A stretch of 64,000 bases of DNA from Antedon mediterranea (taxonomy: Eukaryota > Animalia > Echinodermata). Below the pieces are notes generated by a model, which had not been told where the DNA came from, did not search any database, and saw only the letters and a program-made list of their open reading frames with translations. Both the position numbers and the translations under genes were made by a program. The stretch spans positions 21,697,648 to 21,761,647 of the forward strand of contig NC_092673.1 in assembly GCF_964355755.1 (NCBI RefSeq), read 5' to 3'. Shown one piece after another: positions 38,501 through 48,270 of this stretch; position 1 is the stretch's first letter; every line of letters starts with the position of its first letter.

Positions 38501-41500
38501 CAGTAGTTACGGAGATACATACATGCCCTGGGTTGTGGGTCAAAGGTCAGAAATGGCATTTCCGGTCATTTTTTGCTAAAATGTCCCATTAGACTGAATA
38601 TAAATGTATACCTTCTGATCAATTTGAGACCAAAATTACCTTGCTGTGACCAGTGGTTGTCGAGATTTAAGGACATGTTGGTGTTTGGTGTTATAACCTT
38701 TCACCCTGACCTTTTGACCTTTCGCCACATTTTCTAAATGTGTAACCAAGCCAAAATTGATTGTTTGACCACCCTAAACCAATTTCTGAAGTCAAATTCT
38801 CTGGACCTCAAAGTGCATACGAAAGTTGATCTAGCTACTAGAGTATAAAGGTCCCAAATTCTTTTCTACCATTAAAAGACATTCTGAATACCTGATTTTC
38901 CAATTCCCTGACATATTAGACCATCCCAAAGGTGTCCTGTTGTTGACTGTAATTGTTTTTATTACTACATGTGACTAACATCATAGGCTTTTTTGCCCGT
39001 TTCAAGGTTGATCCCTTGTTCCAAAAGACAGCAGCAGCGTTTGATGAAGGCGGTACATTTAGTCTACTGCTGAATCATCTACCAGTACGCGATGACACCT
39101 GCGAGATGTTGCTGGATTCTACCTGTATTATAGACAGCATTGGACAACAGGCAGGAGAGGTACAATACAGACAGGATCAACAGGTTGATTTAACAGAAAT
39201 CAAAGGTACATGAATGTGTAAATATACATGAATGTGAAAATACACATGAATTTGAAAACGAACATGAATGTGCAAATGTACATGAATGTGTAAATGCACA
39301 TAAATGTGTAAAGGTACATGGAATGTGCAAATGTATATGAATGTGTAAATGCACATAAATGTGTAAAGGTACATGAAATGTGCAAATATACATGAATGTG
39401 TAAATGCACATAAATGTGTAAAGGTACATGAATTTGTAAATGTACATGGAATGTGCAAATGTACATGAATGTGTAAATGCACATAATGTGTAAGGTACAT
39501 GAAATGTGTTAATGTACATGAAATGTGTTAAAGTACATGAATGTGTAAAGGTACACGATATAAATGTGTATAGGTACATGAATGTGTCAAGTACATGAAT
39601 GTGTATATGTATATGAATGTGTCAGGTACATGAATGTGTATAGGTACATGAGTGTGTCAGGTACATGAATGTGTATAGGTACATGAATGTGTCCGGTACA
39701 TGAATGTGTATAGGTACATGAATGTGTATAGGTACATGAATGTGTCAGGTACATATGTGTAAATGTAGGCCTACTGTTTTTCCTGTGTTGAAGAAATTCA
39801 GGTTAGTCCCTCTACAGTACTACATCAGCCACAGTGTAGTGCCTACAATTATCAGCAGACAATCCCCTATTCTCTTTATCGCGCTCATGCCATCCCAAAA
39901 TGCCTTAGGATACACTTAATATTGCATGCCTCTCACAAGCTAGTCTGGTCCATTATCCCATATTTCTTTCTTCGTCCCTTATTAAATATTATTTAAAAAG
40001 TTTTTTATTAATTTTGTTTTCTTCAGGTCACTATAACTGTGCTCAATTCTCGTCACTTCAAATCTGCCCAGCATTTTTAGACTTTGAGTTTACAAATTGG
40101 AGTGAAAATGGTGAGGTATGTATACATACAGTACAAACATTAATTTATCAACGGTGATTAGGTACATTTGTACAAATGAGAAAATAGCTGGCCCAACCGA
40201 GATTTTATATCAGGATTATTATAGACAGACATACTACCATTATTATCTGAAATGATTTATTCATGTGATGATTCATTCAGTGATATTAGATGCGTTTTTT
40301 AGTGAGTGAGTGGCCGAGCGGTTAAGACAGTGGAACCGTAATTACATAGCCATAACATCGAGGCTTACTTGCTCCATGGTTCTGGTGGTAGAACAAGTCT
40401 TCTCGGATAAGGACTAAAAACCATAGGTCCAGTGTACATATCTAGCTCATGTGCACTTTAAAGAACCTAGTACATTTTTCGAGACAAGTAGGGGTTTACC
40501 CCGGTATACTAGTACATCACAGCCTTTGATCATAAATAACTGGGCCGTCTGGGAGACCAATCTTTGACTGAAGTGGTCGTCCAGTATAAATAAATAATAA
40601 CAATATTAAATTAGTATTATTATTATTAGTATTAAACAAACAAGGAAATTTGTATACAAATTTAACTACTGTTAGTTGAATATGTTTTTGTTTACTTATA
40701 TATTTAAGGACAATTTTAGTGAAGCATTTTCCAAAATGGCACAAGAAGAGAAAGCGTTTGATATACATGCTGTACCAGAACCAATTGAAGAAGATACTCC
40801 TATTGATGATTATGGACCAGACCATTTAAATGATGGGGATTATAGCGATGACGACGATGCTAGTGGTGGATATATAGGTGATACCATAGAATATCAAGTG
40901 ATTACAGAGAAACGTGATGGGTAAGAGATTCACCATTGTGGTAATATACAGAAGTAATACACATGTGATGTCATGTTCATCATATTATTCTTTATCATAT
41001 TATACAAGAACATATAACTGAAAAAAATTAAATAAATGACCAAGAGTTGTTTCTTATACCAGGATGGCTATGGGCAGCAAGGATAACCTAAGTCTTGAGT
41101 TAGCACTACAACCTGGGGAATACTCCTACTTCAAGCCTAGTATGTTCACAACCTGGGCTGGACCTCAACATTGGAAGGTTAAACCTTTTTCTAAAGGTAA
41201 TCATTTTCAAGATTTAATGGTTTATTTATTGAACTTTATTTAAGCGTGGTTCCCACTAGCCATGCAACGCAATGACGTATTGATGCAAGGTGCGGTATTG
41301 CATAATCACAAGTGGGAACCGATGATGCAATAATGCTGCAAACATCGCAAGTTTGATTTCACAATTATTGGAATGGCATTTCTTATATTGCGAAGGTTAT
41401 GGTGCCTCGCTAGTGGCAAGAAAACTTTAAAAAGGATCCTCTAACTGCGGCACTGCAGTAGTACAGTTGACGAAAAGCCCAAAAAACAACGCAAAAAGCC

Positions 41501-44500
41501 CAAAAAACAACGCAAAAATATACAGTATCAAATTACATAACTCAATTTCAACATTAAAATTCATGACTATATACAAAATAAAATATAAATTCATAGATGG
41601 CAACATTATTTAAAAAAGATATATTGCCATTAAAAGAGAGATAATTTAGCAATGAAGTGCCTGTATTATAGAATGATATTCTAAAATACTGTAATTTATA
41701 TATGCAGACATCACCATTTGTTCACAATATGTACATTGTTTATTAAGGCAAGGGGAAATACATGTACCTCTCAAATGATTTTGATGGCTTCAATAAAAAA
41801 TATTTTGCATGTATTTATATTTGTAGAACATAATGAAAAGAAAGATGACAATGCGAAGGTTAAAAAACCTGCATTCGTTTTGGATTATGATAAGGAAATT
41901 GACTTTAAAAAGTCTTTCTCAAAATCCAAGGTAATTATATATAGCTTAAGCTCTGTCTATACTATCAAACTTTGAAAAAAGTGTGATGTTCTCAAACATG
42001 GTAGTGAAATACCCAAATATGGTAATGACATCATCATGTCCATATATGGGTACATCACATTTTTTTGTCACATAAAGTTTGATAGTGTAGACAAAGCTAT
42101 ACACATGACAGGTTCATTAAGTTGCTTCTTACAGTTAACATGCAAAAACATGCTATCAGTCACGTCATTTATTTCTTTGTTTCATTTTTATACAATCAAA
42201 ATAATTCTTAAAAAGATAAATAGTCAACTGACTCTACATTGGTTACAAACTGGTCTAAACAAAAAATATGATTGAATATTAATGGAGGTATTATTTGCAT
42301 ATGTAGAGTTTGGTTTGGACATTTTTTTTTGTCAAGTCATGTAACCTTTGATTCTAGGTCCAGGTGACCACTTTAGATTCTGTTATCAAAGACATGCACA
42401 TTTGAACTGTGTTGGTGTTGGTGAACAATATTTTAAATGATTTTACAGAACTGACTTTGACATATAACGTAATGTATACGTTATATATGTCCATTGCAAT
42501 TTGAAATCGAGGCCATTGGGATAAAATATAACTTTTCTAATGTTTGTTCTTTCAGGCTGCAACTACTTTGTCTAAAGTTACATTAGAAAAAAACAGCAAG
42601 ACATCGACGACACTACCGAATGACTTGCATTATGACCCAGATAATTTGTTCAAACTTTTCCTGAAACCATCTTTTATGGTGAGTAGTAATATCAATTATG
42701 TCTTTCCTAAGATTTCAATCTGACAGAAATCACACCATAAAAATTCTGCCCTGAAGAATACAATGAATGTGCAATTCTTATACCCACAACCTCCAGATCC
42801 GTAGCTTTCATTCAGAAGATACTACACCAACTTGATAGTAATTTTAACTAATAACTTAACAAAGTAGCTATGCATCAGGGTGCTAAGCAAGTCAGATAGT
42901 TTCCTTTACTCTGACATAACTGTACTAAATTCTCAGCACATTGAGACCGCTTTATGTAATGGGATTCAACCATCTAACTTACCTAGCTCCCAAAGCTACT
43001 TTTTAGTTAATATGTATACTTGTACAGTTACAGGAAAAGAAAGATTTAGGTATTTTCTATTCAATTTGTGTTCTCTTTTTATTCTCAATTAATTTTCTTT
43101 TACATTTTTTACAGGTTAAAAGACAGGCGCGTGAAAGCAATGGTGTAGATGATGGCATTGAGGGATACAACTACAATAATGAGAATGATAGAGCTAATTT
43201 CTGCCCTGCTATGAATGTAAGTAATGCTGCTGCACTCTATACCTATGTTTAGACCTGAAAAATATTCACATTTTAAGGCCAATTTAAACGGACAAGCAGT
43301 AACAGTAACAAAGATATGTTGTTCCTGCCAATATCGCATCATTATTTCTTAAATTAATACATAAATTACATCCGATAAGTTGCTAGAATGCGTGACGCAC
43401 CTCTGGTTCCACATTAAAATGCAGATTGTGCGAGTTGTTTTTTGATGAATTTACAAACGCCTCAATAAGAAATGCGTCAAAGCTGTTCAAACGCGTCAAA
43501 TTTGTTAACGGAAATATACATGAAAAAATGCTACACAATTAATATTTTGATTAACCATTATGACTATGCAAACATTTTAAATGAAAATATCCCCTAATGT
43601 TTCAATGTAAACAATTGTTGACTGAGTTGATTGTTTATTATATTTTGCAGATGGAAGATGATGATGATCATGATGATGTTGGTGAAGGAGGTGACTTCAC
43701 TGCCAGTGACTACAGCAGCAACATGTTTCAGAGTACATTGATGGGCGAGGATAGCATTCTTGATACCACTGCCTTCTCTGGTGATAAATTAGTGGCTCAA
43801 CCACACAGGGTAAAAAGACTTTGTTTTTTGGAAATACCTGGTGTACTGTAATTTAAGCTTGGTTCCCACTAGCGATGGAACGTAACACAACCTACACAAT
43901 GTAAGAAAATGCCCACCCAATAATTGTGTTTGCCCACGCCTGTGTGAAATCAAACCTGTGAAGTTTGCAGCACTGTTGCGCTGTCGATTCCCAATTTGAT
44001 TACGTAATACAGCACTATGCGTCAATACGTCATGTGTTGCGTTGCGTCCTAGTGGGTTTGCTTTACTTCTACTATTGTTAATTTGCCATGGAAACTAGGA
44101 TGTTATTGTGAAACTTTTAGCAATTGTTATTTCAATATGATATACCTGCATGGATGCCTTTGAAAAAAAGGCATTGATGGACTCAAATCCGTCCAAAGAA
44201 GAGTTAGTGTTTACTTTTCAACAGTATTTTTCAATTAACGTATTATTTATCTTTGTTTTTAAATGTTTGTACAAAATGTTCAATGTTTTTATTCATTAAG
44301 ACGAAATATCATGCTTAGCCATGATACATGATTTTGGCCCTTTATAGGCAGGACCTCCCGTAGTGGTCACCTTCCATAAGCGGTTACCATACTTTTTTCG
44401 ATCCACTTACAGGAGGAGCATTACCAACAGTTTCTCAAAAAAACACTTTTTATTATTTACAGGTCTTTGTGACTTTAGGTACAATACTCTGTAAATTAAT

Positions 44501-46947
44501 TACACTATTTATTTGTTTACCAGGTTGCGAAAATTAACATACCTTATGCAAAGACTGCCAAAAGAATGGATGTACAGAAATTAAAAGGTATAATGTGGAA
44601 GTACCTAACCTACGTAAGTGAACAAGAAAAGGTAAATGCTGTCACCTGTCTCTTCTGTCAAGTTATTAATGTTTGTGTTTGATGTCATTTCTGTTTCAGT
44701 GTAGGGTAAAACATCTGACCTTAGCTCCTCTCCTACTTTACAATAGTTTAACAAATTCTTATTTTTACTTCTTTCTCTTCCTTCAAATCTGCTATACCAT
44801 TTTTATATTTCTCGTTTAAGCTCTTTCTACACTATCAAACCAGCTTGACAAAAAATGTAATGTGCCCAAATATGGTAATAATATACTCAAATATGAGTGA
44901 TATGACATCATGTCCATATATGTGCACATGCTTTCTCTCGCATAAAGTTTTATAGTGCAGACAAGGCTTTACACAGATTTAATAATATTTACTCCTTATA
45001 TTCTCAATCTTTTGTCTGTTTCTTACTTCTATTATGGCTACAAAATGTCACTTGATTCAATTTCATTTGGAAAACATATATGATTTTGCTTCTCCTCCTC
45101 CCCCCATCCACTTCTGCACCTTACAATGATCATTTTCACAGTGATACCATGGTGTATATATTGCTTCTTGTTTTTCCAGGAAAACATTGATGAAAATGAG
45201 AAAAATAAAAATACTGAAGAAGGAAAAGATAAAAATGAGAAAGTTAATCATCAGAAATCCTTCAAAGATATGTATACACACCTTCCAGAAAACCTTTCGA
45301 AGAGTCTGGCTAAAAATCTTAGCGTTCCTATTGCATTTGTTTGCTTGCTTCATCTTTGCAATGAAAAGGTATGATCTTTAATAATTTAATGTACTCCTGC
45401 CAATTCATATCATAACCTTTGTACTCCTGCCAATTCATATCATAACCTTTGTACTCCTGCCAACTCATATCATAACCTTTGTACTCCTGTCAATTCATAT
45501 TATAACCTTTGTACTCCTGCCAACTCATATCATAACCTTTGTACTCCTGCCAATTCATATCATTACCTTCGTACTCCTGCCAATTCATATCATAACCTTT
45601 GTACTCCTGCCAATTCATATCATAACCTTTGTACTCCTGTCAATTCATATTATAACCTTTGTACTCCTGCCAACTCATATCATAACCTTTGTACTCCTGC
45701 CAATTCATATCATAACCTTTGTAATCCTGCCAATTCATATCATAACCTTTGTACTCCTGCCAATTCATATCATAACCTTTGTACTCCTGCCAATTCATAT
45801 CATAACCTTTGTACTCCTGCCAACTCATATCATAACCTTTATACTCCTGCCAATTCATATCATAACCTTTGTACTCCTGCCAACTCATCATGACCTTTGT
45901 ACTCCTGCCAATTTATATCATAACCTTTGTACTCCTGTCAATTCATATCATAACCTTTGTACTCCTGCCAACTCATATCATAACCTTTGTACTCCTGCCA
46001 ATTTATATCATAACCTTTGTACTCCTGCCAACTCATATCATAACCTTTGTACTCCTGCCAATTCATATCATAACCTTTGTATTCCTGTCAATTCGTATCA
46101 TAACCTTTGTACTCCTGCCAATTCATATCATAACCTTTGTACTCCTGCCAATTCATATCATTATCTTCGTACTCCTGCCAGTTCATATCATAACCTTTGT
46201 ACTCCTGCCAATTCATATCATGACCTTTGTACTCCTGCCAATGCATTTCATAACCTTTGTACTTCTGCCAATTCATATCATAACATTTGTACTCCTGTCA
46301 ATTCATATCATAACCTTTGTACTCCTGCCAATTCATATCATAACCTTTGTACTCCTGCCAATTCATATCATAACCTTTGTACTCCTGCTAATTCATATCA
46401 TAACCTTTGTACTTCTGCCAATTCATATCATAACCTTTGTACTCCTGCCAATTCATATCATAACCTTTGTACTCCTGCCAATTCATATCATAACCTTTGT
46501 ATTCCTGCCAATTCATATCATAACCTTTGTACTCCTGCCAACTCATATCATAACCTTTATACTCCTGCCAATTCATATCATAACATTTGTACTCCTGCCA
46601 ATTCATATCATAACCTTTGTACTCCTGCCAATTCATATCATAACCTTTGTACTCCTACCAATTAATTTCATCTAGGGGCAGATTCAGGATTATGGAATAG
46701 GCAAATTTAGGTAAATGACACCCCTAGATAGTCGGAAATGGTACGCTTGATAAGTTTTGTTTTTATGGAGGTTGAAATTTGTTTAATTTTGTGGGGAAAA
46801 CTCCAAGCCTCTATGAAATTCTATGCATTATTTTTGATTAATTTTGTCTGTCTTTTTTATTTACAGAATTTGATTGTATCTACAAAAGGACAGATGGAAG
46901 ATCTTACTATCACGCAAACTGATGTAGAACGTTTAACAGCCACATAA
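22916..46947 (+). CDS. NCAPH: Condensin complex subunit 2 (condensin I kleisin, CAP-H/barren), about 706-712 aa
   Basis: 16 in-phase exons: 22916-23224, 23486-23578 ([16 protein letters not shown]), 23789-23909 ([20 protein letters not shown]), 24528-24571, 24653-24724, 39007-39205 ([16 protein letters not shown]), 40027-40115, 40709-40920, 41063-41196 ([13 protein letters not shown]), 41827-41930, 42556-42678 (LPNDLHY), 43115-43216, 43651-43809, 44524-44613 or 44631 ([14 protein letters not shown]), 45180-45368 ([17 protein letters not shown]), 46867-46947. These are hallmark Cnd2-family motifs. Confidence 0.96.
26800..29581 (-). mobile_element. Helentron/DINE-1-like non-autonomous element (HINE), outer copy
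   Basis: One end has a stem-loop AACTCGTC-ACTACG-GACGAGTT plus subTIR GGTTATCCGC; the other has the palindrome GGTTATCCGC-CAAGT-GCGGATAACC next to an A-run. No TSD. Interrupted at about 27935 by a related element. Confidence 0.72.
27936..29508 (-). mobile_element. Related HINE, inner copy nested in the A-rich end of the outer HINE
   Basis: CTAGATTTGAACTCGTCACTTTGACGAGTTCGGGTTATCCGC ... GGTTATCCGCAACTTACTAGTTGCGGATAACC followed by poly(A). The body is homologous to 26800-27934. Confidence 0.72.
30924..31025. mobile_element. Short HINE-like element with (CCGA)n microsatellite; a second copy (about 31688-31693 plus 37361-37453) is the LTR target
   Basis: ACAAGGCCATATAGATGGC hairpin, AGTCGCG/CGCGACT sub-terminal inverted repeats, A-run ends. 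Confidence 0.6.
32049..36935 (-). CDS. Gag-Pol polyprotein (1628 aa): zinc knuckle, aspartic protease, RT, RNase H, integrase
   Basis: CPFC-x8-H-x4-C knuckle; IDSGA protease; [24 protein letters not shown]; VTDGA..EVE..LTDSKP RNase H; [16 protein letters not shown] integrase DDE. The order PR-RT-RH-IN is Gypsy-like. Confidence 0.95.
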   Translation of the reverse strand: MAASNRAPKQWCLGKNETINTFENWRQNLMYTLTLDTKFANFLVEGFSWGKKTRASPLRGFTDDNGFEDNVANALSAQQKVTMLELMLGQIANYCPVISRNTIVKSSTSLPCIWQCIRLHYGFQSSGAHFLEFANISLGPDERPEDLYQRLLAFIDDNLLQADSVITHHNQPITEDEELAPSLENLLTLTWLRLVHPSLPQLVKQRYGTELRSRTLASIKPEISQAMTSLLEEIKTSDDTRVMRSAILPFQRPASLPSQPPRSRYPPKTFNTQTYNNKPNKCCPFCKQGGRPDRHFLSECKFLPERDRRYMARARAANIFDDDDSYCYEQDSTRVEDPNDPPSGSSSALRIQVRQSPYLEAFHGYNTVHITIDSGATGNMIRESTARLLGVQIKPSSQSAHQADGSSQLQVMGETNVTFTRDNKDLTFNGLVVKDLDVELLAGTPFMEQNDISIRPAKRQVVMADGTTYIYGSLPTTLSECHSIRRAHVLRAPSTRTVIWPGSYIELSLPNDLTDIDTVAIEPRVDAPISKTSLPSHVWPEPRIISCVAGRIRIPNLSNEPKVLSRNEQFCQASPVFTPNLPDTSSSPIKPPKLSTTTVHTCFSDSIKLDPDSILPRNILEQFTSLHKEYDDIFNPSFKGYNGAVGPFVATVNMGPVQPPQRKGRLPQYARDKLLELQHKFDELETLGVFARPEDVGVAVEYLNPSFLVKKPNGGSRLVTSFADVGRYSKPQPSLMPDVDSTLLKIGQWKYIITTDLTNAFYQIPLSKPSMKYCGIVTPFHGVRVYTRCAMGMPGSETALEELLSRVVGDFLEEGSATKLADDLYCGGNTVEEVLNVWRRILHALSNSGLHLSATKTVICPKTTNILGWIWSQGTLRASSHRISTLSSCPRPVTVTGLRSFIGAFKMLSRVLPRCAPILSPLEAAVAGRQSQEKIDWSDELLASFASAQSILNSPHTIAIPRASDQLWIVTDGAVKKYGIASTLYVSRDSKPLLAGFYSAKLRGRQMTWLPCEVEALSIAASTKHFSPFIIQSAHQAHILTDSKPCVQAYEKLCRGEFSVSPRVSTFLSTVSRYHASVHHLAGSANMPSDFGSRNAQPCDAPSCQICSFVQQTEDSVVFQVNIKDVISGSTKLPFTSRPAWLAIQSECPVLRRTHAHLSQGTRPHKKITNIKDVKRLLRFSTIAKDGLLVVRRDEPLAPVRECIVVPRDVLEGLLTALHLRFDHPSCHQLKTIVRRYFFALDMDASVERISARCSIPHTVIPQSTGDPPDAVGTTFAADVIKRERQLILVMRECVTSFTVACIIDSERHDSLRDGLIRLCIELRPLDGPHAVIRTDPAPGFASLVSDKLLAHHRIMIELGRTKNPNKNPIAEKAVREVEDELLTQEPTGGLVTPTMLKITMACLNSRLRSCGLSSREMWTQRDQFTNDQIPLSDSQLIISQHKRRLANHAHSERSKAPTGRFPASSDIDVGDLVYVLADRNKSKARHRYLVTSVDNTWCNIRKFIGSQLRSTAYKVKRTECYKVPSSPSPRSQHYYQEDSNSDDDYQIPEPPRTEIPIELSTPADHAYQVDPLPAGTDSEFLTPAASDDVRPLTDLHKVVIPPPVIEPRRSTRSHRLPTHLNDFVLDK
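37168..37178 (-). promoter_or_regulatory. Primer-binding site, probably tRNA-Leu
   Basis: TGGTGGCAGCG immediately follows the 5' LTR and is complementary to a ...CGCUGCCACCA 3' end, typical of eukaryotic tRNA-Leu (AAG/TAG). Confidence 0.7.
39206..39770. repeat. 18-20-bp degenerate minisatellite (GTACATGAATGTGTAAA) starting at an NCAPH splice donor
   Basis: Directly visible; explains ORFs 39177-39579. Confidence 0.92.
40303..40600 (+). mobile_element. tRNA-derived SINE with a Deu/Nin-like central domain
   Basis: A-box TGGCCGAGCGGTTAAG, core TTCTCGGATAAGGACTAAAAACCATAGGTCC..GTGCACTTTAAAGAACC and an AAT-rich tail; a second copy lies at 56843-57165. The domain name comes from remembered consensus, not a search. 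Confidence 0.75.
43855..44063. mobile_element. Harbinger-like MITE (AAGCTTGGTTCCCACTAG TIR); related copy at about 41241-41428
   Basis: TAAGCTTGGTTCCCACTAG ... CTAGTGGG(TTT)GCTTTA; degenerate. Confidence 0.55.
45391..46662. repeat. 30-bp minisatellite (GTACTCCTGCCAATTCATATCATAACCTTT), about 42 copies, in the last NCAPH intron
   Basis: Highly homogeneous tandem array without spacers; explains ORFs 45640-46675. Confidence 0.97.
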
Positions 46948-47484
46948 TATAATACTGTATACTAATGCCTAATATACTTTTTGTAAATACCTACTTTAGT
47001 GTCCTAAAATAATATAATATATTGTTTGTAGGGGATAAACATGGCAGGTGCCATTTTTTATTGGGAAGTGGGTGGGTGTTTTTTTATGCAAGTTTTAAAG
47101 TGTAATCTTAATTCCAAAAGGGTTTGTTTTGAATCAAATAGCAATTATGGGGAACAAATTTTAATTGAATATGTTCTTACTGTGTTTGTGATAATACCTG
47201 TCAGTTTATTTATATTTTTCCTTTCCAAGAGGGAATTACATTCCTTCTGCAGTTTTACTAAGTGATGTAATGTTTTAATCTTCTTTGTATTAAATACATG
47301 ATATTATATTAATGATTGTATAGTACTGAATGTTAGCCTAATACACTAACAAATCCTTTAAACATTACCTTATTTTGCAATGTTACTGATGCACCATGCT
47401 TTATGAGACAAGTCACTATAGGTATGTGTCGTATAGCTATTACTCAGATATAAATGTAATAGAGTGTGTTCCCATTCTGGAAAG

Positions 47485-48270
47485 GAATCATAATCATGGA
47501 GTTCAAAAATGGCGAAAATACACACTTCTTAAAATACTGATATTACGCAATAATATTGCTATATATGCGCATATATTGCGTTATAAGCATCTTATAGACG
47601 TATAGTAGTAACCATTTATGTCAAAAAATAAAAAGGTCGAAATTTGGCCATTTTTCCCAAAAAATTCTGTACTATAGTACAGGGATTTTGTCCAAAAATG
47701 GCGAAAATACACACTTCTTAAAATACTGATATTACGCAATAATATTGCTATATATGCGCATATATTGCGTTATAAGCATCTTATAGACGTATAGTAACCA
47801 TTTATGTCAAAAAATAAAAAGGTCGAAATTTGGCCATTTTTCAAAAAAAAATCCTCCAAATCATAATCATGGAGTTCAAAAATGGCGAAAATACACACTT
47901 CTTAAAATACTGATATTATGCAATAATATTGCTATATATGCGCATATATTGCGTTATAAGCATCTTATAGACGTATAGTAACCATTTATGTCAAAAAATA
48001 AAAAGGTCGAAATTTGGCAATTTAAAAGAAAATCGCTGTACTATTGTACACTTTTTAAAATACTATTATTATGCAATAATATTGCTATATATGCGCATAT
48101 ATTGCACTTTAAACATTTTGTAGACGTATACGGTAGTAACCACTTAAAAATTAAAAAGGTCGAAATTTGGCCATTTTTAAAAAACTTTTTATGCACTTTT
48201 TAAAATACTATATAATAATATTGCTATATATACGCATATAGGGATTTTTTTTTTAAATGTCCAAATTTTG
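47485..48270. repeat. Tandem repeat of about 170-190 bp, 4-5 progressively degenerate copies
   Basis: AAAAATGGCGAAAATACACACTTCTTAAAATACTGATATT..GGTCGAAATTTGGCC recurs at about 47505, 47694 and 47878, with partial copies beyond. Confidence 0.85.

Larger units (their letters stand above)
24842..38843. mobile_element. 14-kb non-autonomous element with ~800-bp terminal inverted repeats and TA target duplication, inside an NCAPH intron
   Basis: TA|CTCTAGTAGCTAGATCAACTTTCG ... CGAAAGTTGATCTAGCTACTAGAG|TA. The inverted match continues from 24842 to about 25638 against about 38041-38843, with an extra inner sub-unit at about 37860-38040. No transposase ORF is seen. Confidence 0.9.

Noticed and set aside
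24842-38843. Polinton/Maverick identity for the long-TIR element
   Set aside because: No polB, integrase, ATPase or capsid ORFs, no AG..CT termini or 6-bp TSD; the only long ORF belongs to the nested LTR element.
39177-39579. His/Cys-rich minus-strand ORFs
   Set aside because: Translation of the 18-20-bp minisatellite.
40303-40380. tRNA gene (also at 56843)
   Set aside because: An A-box is present but there is no cloverleaf or intact B-box, and the sequence continues into a shared SINE body and tail.
45391-46662. CRISPR-like 30-bp periodic array and a 268-aa hydrophobic ORF (45869-46675)
   Set aside because: Units are head-to-tail with no unique spacers, no cas genes are present and the context is a eukaryotic intron; the ORFs are by-products of a 30-bp unit lacking stops.
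22916-46947. Calling the condensin gene NCAPG because of the LCORL neighbour, or NCAPH2
   Set aside because: The motifs (KINx[17 protein letters not shown], WAGPxHW, CLLHLxNE) are specific to the CAP-H/barren kleisin, not HEAT-repeat CAP-G or CAP-H2.
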